Below are positions 7,119 through 12,578 of a stretch of DNA of 12,578 bases, one piece after another. The stretch covers positions 1 through 12,578 of the forward strand of contig JAYVCD010000402.1 in NCBI GenBank assembly GCA_043750125.1, given 5' to 3'. The notes beneath the pieces are model-generated. The model saw nothing but the letters and a program-made list of their open reading frames with translations. It made no database searches and was not told the origin of the DNA. The DNA is from Archangiaceae bacterium (lineage in GTDB: Bacteria > Myxococcota > Myxococcia > Myxococcales > Myxococcaceae). Every line of letters starts with the position of its first letter. Within the stretch, counting starts at the first letter, position 1. Both the position numbers and the translations under genes were made by a program.

Positions 7119-8075
7119 CTAAGAGGGAGTATTGGCCGTCACAGGGCAGGCGGCGAAGTGATCGGCACAGACGGGTTGCAGCGGGGGCACGGTACTGCGG
7201 CATCGATCGAGGGCGAGAGAACAACGATTGTGAAACGGGCATCCGGGAGGGGGGCGCAGCAAAGAGGGAGGCTCGCCAGGTACCGGCAGTCGCTGCCCGC
7301 GATTTTCGGGAGAGACTGCCGGAAGGGAAGCAATCAGCGCCCGGGTGTACGGATGCATCGGGTGGGTGAGAACCCTTTCAGTGGGGCCCACTTCGACGAT
7401 GCGTCCGGCGTACATCACGGCAACGCGGGTGGCGAGGTGAGCGACGACTCCGAGATCGTGCGAAATGAACAGATAGGTCAGGGCGTGGGTGCGCTGCAGT
7501 TCGACCAACAGATTTACGATCTGCGCTTGAACCGAGACGTCCAGAGAGCTTACGGGTTCGTCGAGCATCAAGAACTCGGGCTCGACGGCCAGTGCGCGCG
7601 CGATGCATATGCGTTGTCGTTGACCGGCCGAGAATGCATGCGGTCGGCGCGCGGCGGAATTGGGCGGAAGACCGATGGTGTGGAGCAGCGCTTCGATTTG
7701 CCGGGTGCGGTCCGGTTTGGAGACCACGGAGCGGACGCTGAGCGCTTCGGCCAGGGTGTCGCCAATGCTCATCCGAGGGTCGAGGGCGGCGACGGGATCT
7801 TGAAACACCGGCTGCATGCGCGGACGCAACCGCTTGAGCTCCTCGGATTTGAGCGAGCTGATCGAAGTTCCGGCGAAGTGCACTGTTCCCTTTTCCAGGG
7901 GGAGCAGGGCGAGCAATGCGCGGCCCAATGAGCTCTTGCCGCAACCGCTCTCGCCCACCAGGCCCAGCGTCTCGCCCCGGAAGATCGACAATGAGACCCC
8001 GTCGACGGCGCGCACCCTGCCGGCCGCCGTGTCGTAGCTGACGGTTACTTCGGTCGCCTGAACGAGCGGTTCCAC
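7119..8075 (-). CDS. Oligopeptide/dipeptide ABC transporter ATP-binding protein (OppF/DppF-like, about 318 aa)
   Basis: Walker A GESGCGKS, Q-loop VFQDP, signature FSAGQRQR, Walker B LMLDEP, H-loop ISHD, and HPYT plus a Cys-rich C-terminus. GTG at 8075 overlaps the upstream TAG (TAGTG). Confidence 0.93.
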   Translation of the reverse strand: MEPLVQATEVTVSYDTAAGRVRAVDGVSLSIFRGETLGLVGESGCGKSSLGRALLALLPLEKGTVHFAGTSISSLKSEELKRLRPRMQPVFQDPVAALDPRMSIGDTLAEALSVRSVVSKPDRTRQIEALLHTIGLPPNSAARRPHAFSAGQRQRICIARALAVEPEFLMLDEPVSSLDVSVQAQIVNLLVELQRTHALTYLFISHDLGVVAHLATRVAVMYAGRIVEVGPTERVLTHPMHPYTRALIASLPAVSPENRGQRLPVPGEPPSLLRPPPGCPFHNRCSLALDRCRSTVPPLQPVCADHFAACPVTANTPS

Positions 8076-9004
8076 TACCGCGGATTGTGGCACGCGAACG
8101 CCGGGCCGTCTGTGGATGCAAGCTGCGGGTTGACGCTCAGACAGACCGGGACGACGCGGGGGCATCGGTCGGCGAACGCACAGCCCGGAGGCCGGTTTTC
8201 CGGACCGGGGACGGAGCCGGCGATTGCTTCCAGGGCTTTGCCGCGGGTGGCCAGGCCCGGACGGGCGGCAAGCAGTGCGGCAGAGTACGGATGTCGGGGA
8301 CGAAGCAGCAGCTGACCGACGGGTCCGCGTTCGACCAGGCGCCCCGCATACATCACGGCCACGTCGTCGCAGGCCTCGGCAACAACCCCCAGGTCGTGGG
8401 TAATGAGAAGCACGGCCAGAGCGCGTTTGTCCTTCAGCTCGGACAACAAGGAGAGGATCTGCGCCTGGACGGTTACGTCGAGAGCGGTGGTGGGCTCGTC
8501 AGCGATCAGGACTTTGGGATCACAGGCGATGGCCGCGGCGATCAAGACGCGCTGGCGCATTCCCCCCGACAACTGGTGGGGGAAGGCGTCGAAGCGCTCG
8601 GGTGCGTCTGCGATGCCCACCGATCGCAGCAGCTCGATCGCTTTGCCCCGCGAGGCACGACGGTCGAGCTTCAAGTGGATCTGGAGCGTCTCGCAGATCT
8701 GCGCGCCGACCGTCAGGACAGGGTTGAGTGCTGCGGAGGGCTCCTGAAAAACCATCGCAATCTGCTTGCCACGATCGGCAGGGGTGAGCGGTCGCCCCAG
8801 TAGCCGGACTTCCCCTCCGCGCTGCTCGACGCCGGCCGGCAACAGCCCCATGACGGACAAGGCCGTCAGCGACTTGCCACAGCCCGATTCGCCAACCAGG
8901 CCGAGCATTTTTCCGGGCGACAAGCAGAACGAGACACCGTCGACCAGCGCAGGTCCGCCAGTTCGCACCGTCACCAGCCCTTCGACTTCCAGCAGTGCTT
9001 CCAT
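8075..9004 (-). CDS. Oligopeptide/dipeptide ABC transporter ATP-binding protein (OppD/DppD-like, 309 aa)
   Basis: The start is taken at ATG 9004 (MEALLEVEGL), 5 nt after the upstream stop. Walker A GESGCGKS, signature LSGGMRQR, Walker B LIADEPTT, H-loop ITHD, and HPYS plus GCAFADRC...C...AC. Confidence 0.93.
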   Translation of the reverse strand: MEALLEVEGLVTVRTGGPALVDGVSFCLSPGKMLGLVGESGCGKSLTALSVMGLLPAGVEQRGGEVRLLGRPLTPADRGKQIAMVFQEPSAALNPVLTVGAQICETLQIHLKLDRRASRGKAIELLRSVGIADAPERFDAFPHQLSGGMRQRVLIAAAIACDPKVLIADEPTTALDVTVQAQILSLLSELKDKRALAVLLITHDLGVVAEACDDVAVMYAGRLVERGPVGQLLLRPRHPYSAALLAARPGLATRGKALEAIAGSVPGPENRPPGCAFADRCPRVVPVCLSVNPQLASTDGPAFACHNPR

Positions 9005-9009
9005 CGGGC

Positions 9010-10359
9010 TTAGAGCTTTTCGAGGGCGTCTGCCACGCGATCCGCGTCGATGACGCGCCGTTCGACGAGCAGCCGAAGCATCGAGGCGAGGACAGGGCCG
9101 GTCGGAAGATCCCCGCTTTCGACCTGCGCCAGCAGCGCCCGAAACCTCTCGCTCAAGGCTCCGGGCTCGAGCAAAACCCGCGTGGGGATGGCGTCGATGG
9201 GGCTGCTCATCCAATCGGGCAACTGCAGCTCGGCAGGCTGCACATCGGCCAGCACGGGCTCGGGTGGAGGCGGCAGAACAATGACGTGCGGCAGTGTCGC
9301 CCTGGGGGGAACCTCGACCGCCATTCCGGCCCGACTGACGGCGACGCGCTTGAGCGAGATTCGGCCCAGGGTGGCGGGTCGCCGCAGGGGCTCGAAGGGA
9401 GAGCTGCGGGGCTCGATCGGAACGTCGGGGGGAATGGCGAACGAAGGGATCCTCGGTGGGGCGACGGCGACGGGGGAAAGTTCGGGCTCAGCCGAAACAA
9501 CCACTTCGGCGTCCAGCAGCGGCTCTAGGTCGAGGGCGGGCTGGGGCGCAGCGAGCAAAGGGTCTTCGAGACGCAGGAGGCTCAAAGGAGCTGCGACGGA
9601 GTGCCCGAACGGAGCGGAAAGCGCCGAGAAAACCGAGAAGTCCGGCGCGGGGGGCGAGAGATCGTGTCGGCCAATCTCGTCGGCGAGATCGGTGGACAGA
9701 GGAGCCACGTCCGACGGCGCGCCCAAATCGAGTGAACCGAACAATTCTTCCTCAGTGACCGAGGCGGGCCCGACCCCATCGGCAGCCAAGGGCTCGGGAC
9801 CGGCCGCGGCTTCCTCTTGGGCGGGTTGAGGCGGGGGAAAGGCCAACTCGGTGGTTACGTCCGGGTCGGGGGGGACGAAGATCTCGTCTTCGAGCGCCTC
9901 GCCCACCACCACTGGGCCGTCGGCCGCTTCTCCGGCAAGAGCGGCGTGAACGCTCTCGATGTCGTCGATGGGCGCGACGTAGACGACCACCTCTCGCTTC
10001 AGCTGCGCCCGAAGCTCATCGACGACATCGGTAAGCGTCGGGTCTGCCAATGCGACGTGAACGCGGGTGGCGCCTTCGTCTCGATCGAGCCGAAACGGCA
10101 CCAGCCGATGAGCGCGCTGAAACTCCAGAGGGATCAAGCATGAAGCTTCGGGGGCGACATACGACAGGTCGGCGAAGGGCAGCCCGGTCTGGTCGGCCAG
10201 CGCACGGGCGAGGGCCGTGGGGGTGATCCTTCCGGTGGACAGCAAAAGGTCACCGAGGCGGCTGGGCTCACCTGCGCTCTGGTCGGCGAGCGCAATTTCT
10301 ACGTCCTCGGACGTCGCCGCGCCGGCTTCGATCAACAGCTCGCCGAGCTTTCGCTTCAT
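9010..10359 (-). CDS. MshEN/GspE N-terminal domain protein without ATPase, with a long Pro/Ala/acidic linker (449 aa)
   Basis: Tandem motifs KLGELLIEAGAATSEDVEIALADQ and RLGDLLLSTGRITPTALARALADQ, then the T2SSE_N-like core (LVPFRL...VALADPT...VVYVA). No Walker A. Confidence 0.8.
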   Translation of the reverse strand: MKRKLGELLIEAGAATSEDVEIALADQSAGEPSRLGDLLLSTGRITPTALARALADQTGLPFADLSYVAPEASCLIPLEFQRAHRLVPFRLDRDEGATRVHVALADPTLTDVVDELRAQLKREVVVYVAPIDDIESVHAALAGEAADGPVVVGEALEDEIFVPPDPDVTTELAFPPPQPAQEEAAAGPEPLAADGVGPASVTEEELFGSLDLGAPSDVAPLSTDLADEIGRHDLSPPAPDFSVFSALSAPFGHSVAAPLSLLRLEDPLLAAPQPALDLEPLLDAEVVVSAEPELSPVAVAPPRIPSFAIPPDVPIEPRSSPFEPLRRPATLGRISLKRVAVSRAGMAVEVPPRATLPHVIVLPPPPEPVLADVQPAELQLPDWMSSPIDAIPTRVLLEPGALSERFRALLAQVESGDLPTGPVLASMLRLLVERRVIDADRVADALEKL

Positions 10360-10368
10360 TCGTCCTGA

Positions 10369-11109
10369 CTACTTTCGTACCTTGGCGAGGTATTCCTCGC
10401 GCGAGAAGACCCCTTTCTCGATCAGCAGCTCGACCATGCCCTTGAGGACTGCGACCTCTTTTCGCTGGGCCTCTTCGATCTGCACCAGCTGCTCAGCCGG
10501 AGACATTCCGGTGGCAACGACCGCGGGCGAGGAGGTCAGCCGGGTGGTCATTGCCGGGCCCTTGTCTGGCTCGACGCTCTTCGCGTGCGAGACCGCGCCC
10601 TGCTGCTGGACGACGGTGTTGCCCTGGGCGTCGACGAACTTGAACGACCCTTCGATGTCTGAGGATTCACCCTCCCCTTCGTAGAACCGACCAAACGCCC
10701 GGGCGATCGAGGTGCGTCCGGCGATCTGGGGAAGGATCCGACAGCGCGAGACCGAGCGCAGCGTGTCGATGTGTCCCAGGTTCTGCGGCTCGGACATCGC
10801 AACCACCAGCGTCTTCCCGTCATCGCGCAGCTGGAGGGGAAGAGCGCTTAAGTCACGAGCGATCTGCATCGGGACTTTGGCGCGGACGTGAGGAGCCACG
10901 CCCTGGATCGAGTCGAGGTTCACCGCGACGAGGTTCAGCTGTTTGCTCAACGCCTTGACGAGCATTTCCTCAGTGAGGATGTTCATCCGGACCAGGATTT
11001 CGCCCAGCCTGCCACCCCACTTCTGCTGCTCGGTCAACGCGTTGCCCAGCTGCTGCTCGGTGAGCACGTTGGCTTTCAGCAGCAGCGTTCCGAGCTTGAT
11101 CGAGGCCAT
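10369..11109 (-). CDS. MshEN/GspE N-terminal domain protein without ATPase (246 aa)
   Basis: Tandem motifs KLGTLLLKANVLTEQQLGNALTEQ-QKWGG-RLGEILVRMNILTEEMLVKALSKQ, then LPL...TLVVAMSEPQNL. No Walker A. C-terminal LLIEKGVFSREEY. Confidence 0.85.
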   Translation of the reverse strand: MASIKLGTLLLKANVLTEQQLGNALTEQQKWGGRLGEILVRMNILTEEMLVKALSKQLNLVAVNLDSIQGVAPHVRAKVPMQIARDLSALPLQLRDDGKTLVVAMSEPQNLGHIDTLRSVSRCRILPQIAGRTSIARAFGRFYEGEGESSDIEGSFKFVDAQGNTVVQQQGAVSHAKSVEPDKGPAMTTRLTSSPAVVATGMSPAEQLVQIEEAQRKEVAVLKGMVELLIEKGVFSREEYLAKVRK

Positions 11110-11121
11110 TGAAGAACTGCG

Positions 11122-11149
11122 ATTCTACCGTGTTACGCCCGGGGGTCGA
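11122..11149 (-). promoter_or_regulatory. Possible internal sigma70-type promoter upstream of the MshEN pair (-35 TCGACC at 11149-11144, 16 nt, -10 TAGAAT at 11127-11122)
   Basis: TAGAAT matches TATAAT at 5/6 and lies in the AT-richer 23-nt gap. The -35 matches TTGACA at 4/6. There is no clear Shine-Dalgarno before the ATG at 11109. Confidence 0.35.
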
Positions 11150-12113
11150 GCAAAGCCCTCAAGGCTTCGCCCAATTCGTTCAGGGCGAGGACGGTTGCAG
11201 CGATGCAAAGGCCGGGGAAGACCGCCAGCCACCAGGCCCCGGGGTGAGTCAGGTAGCGGTGGGCCTGGGTGAGCAGCTCGCCCCAGCTGGCAGTGGGAGG
11301 CGGGGGCCCCAGCCCGAGGAACGAGAGGGCGCTCTCGGTGAGGATCGCAGACGCGACGGCAAAGGTGGCGGCGACCAGCACGGGGGACAAAGCGTTGGGC
11401 AGCAGGTGGCGCACGAGAATGCGCGCGTCGGACAGCCCGAGCGCCCGGCTGGCGGTGATGAAGTCGAGGCCCTTGAGCTTGAGGACTTCGGCCCGAACCA
11501 GGCGGGCGATGTCGGTCCACCGGGTGAACCCGATCACCAGCACCAGCGGCAGAAGGCTGGAAATCCGCAACAAGCCGAGCACCGCGAGGACGAAGAACAG
11601 AGTGGGGAAAGTGATCATCACCTCGGTCACCCGCGAGATGACTGCGTCGATGCCGCGGCCATAATAGCCGGCGAGCCCTCCCAGCAGCAGCCCGATCAAG
11701 ACGCACAGCGCCACCGAGCAGAACCCGACGGTGAGACTGACCCGCGCGCCGTGAATCAGGCGGGCGAGCACGTCGCGGCCCAGCTCGTCGGTGCCCAACC
11801 AGTGCGCGGGGTCGGGCCCCCACGGAGGCGGCGTGTCGTGGACGAGCGGGTTGGCGGCGAACGTCTGGTTGGGGCCCCAGGGAACGGGGGTTCGCCAGAT
11901 CCACTCGGCGGTTCCGGCCAGAGACTGCTGGTTCGCACCGCGCAGGGTCAGGGGGCGGGTGAACATCGGCAACCAGTGGGTGTGCCCATTGAGGCGGACG
12001 GCAAGAGGAAGATCGGCTGCGAGCAGATCGGCGGCGATTGCCACACTGACCAGGGCGAGCAAGGCGCCGAGCGCGAGCCGACCACGCAGCTTCAATCGCC
12101 CAGCGCCCATCAC
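11133..12113 (-). CDS. Peptide/nickel ABC transporter permease (OppC/DppC-like, about 326 aa)
   Basis: HWLGTDELGRDVLARLIHGARVSL, EAA-type loop ASRALGLSDARILVRHLLPN, ESALSFLGLG...SWG and WWLAVFPG. GTGATG overlaps the upstream stop, so the start is 12113 or 12110. Confidence 0.95.
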   Translation of the reverse strand: MMGAGRLKLRGRLALGALLALVSVAIAADLLAADLPLAVRLNGHTHWLPMFTRPLTLRGANQQSLAGTAEWIWRTPVPWGPNQTFAANPLVHDTPPPWGPDPAHWLGTDELGRDVLARLIHGARVSLTVGFCSVALCVLIGLLLGGLAGYYGRGIDAVISRVTEVMITFPTLFFVLAVLGLLRISSLLPLVLVIGFTRWTDIARLVRAEVLKLKGLDFITASRALGLSDARILVRHLLPNALSPVLVAATFAVASAILTESALSFLGLGPPPPTASWGELLTQAHRYLTHPGAWWLAVFPGLCIAATVLALNELGEALRALLDPRA

Positions 12114-12578
12114 AACCGCTGTCCGACCCGGATGCGCGGGTCGACCAGGCCGTAGAGCAGATCAGCGAACAGCACCGAGATCATGGTCACCAGCGCAGCC
12201 AGCGTGCAGACAGCCATCACCACCGGGTAGTCGCGCAGCGAGATGGCATCGAACGCGAGCAGCCCCATGCCGTTGATTCCAAAGACGCGCTCGACGACCA
12301 CGCTGCCGCCGAGCAGGGCCGGCAGCGACATGCCGAGCATCGTCACCACCGGCAAGAGGCTGTTGCGCAGGGCGTGGCGAAAGAGAATGGAGCGCTCGGG
12401 GATCCCGCGGGCCCGGGCCGCGCGCACGTAATCCTGCGCGAGCGCTTCTTCCATCGCAGCGCGGACCTGGCGACTGACGACAGCGAGCGTCGGGTAGCTC
12501 AAGCAGAAAACGGGAAGCACCAGGTGCCAGGCGGTATCGAGGATGCGTCGTCCGAGGGACAAGCTCTGTGCGCCGTCG
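12110..12578 (-). CDS. Peptide/nickel ABC transporter permease (OppB/DppB-like), 3' part; the 5' end lies beyond the window
   Basis: HLVLP...QDYVRAARARG...RHALRNSLLP...GGSVVVERVF...GMG...RDYPVV...ADLLYGLVDPRIR. The frame is open to the right edge (…DGAQSLSLGRR). Confidence 0.93.
   Translation of the reverse strand, partial: DGAQSLSLGRRILDTAWHLVLPVFCLSYPTLAVVSRQVRAAMEEALAQDYVRAARARGIPERSILFRHALRNSLLPVVTMLGMSLPALLGGSVVVERVFGINGMGLLAFDAISLRDYPVVMAVCTLAALVTMISVLFADLLYGLVDPRIRVGQRL

Noticed and set aside
9005-9214. N-terminal extensions of the ATPase ORFs (9214 and 8165 starts)
   Set aside because: They are Arg/Pro-rich and overlap the upstream genes. The coupled starts at 9004 and 8075 give normal ABC ATPase N-termini.
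9010-11109. Calling the MshEN genes gspE/pilB ATPases or pseudogene fragments
   Set aside because: No Walker A/B motifs are present, and both ORFs are intact with their own ordered C-terminal module.
6921-12155. Long plus-strand ORFs (6921-7931, 8087-8803, 9050-9829, 11109-12155)
   Set aside because: They are antisense to well-supported ABC and MshEN genes and have no independent motifs.
1-12578. CRISPR arrays, tRNA/rRNA, IS elements or tandem repeats
   Set aside because: No spaced repeats, RNA gene signatures, transposase motifs or terminal inverted repeats were seen, and intergenic gaps are all about 50 nt or less.

Overview
A GC-rich window, most likely from a myxobacterium (Myxococcota; inferred from gene content). 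Every credible gene is on the minus strand, tightly packed and often translationally coupled. In transcription order (right to left): two peptide/nickel ABC permeases (the first cut by the window edge); two tandem ATPase-less MshEN/GspE-N domain proteins; two Opp/Dpp-type ABC ATPases; a DUF2085-like membrane protein; an ECF sigma factor; a membrane-anchored zinc-binding anti-sigma factor with a TPR-like C-terminus; three unusually large Tad minor pilins (TadE-like, TadG-like, TadE-like); and the 5' part of a secreted protein that the ORF track missed. The most notable signals are three. First, the pilin triad resembles the tip module of the myxobacterial Kil (Tad-like, contact-dependent prey-killing) pilus. 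Second, a GGAAAC-N17-CGTA ECF-type promoter sits exactly between the anti-sigma gene and the pilin genes. Third, two putative c-di-GMP-type adaptors split the ABC operon. No RNA genes, CRISPR arrays or mobile elements were seen.
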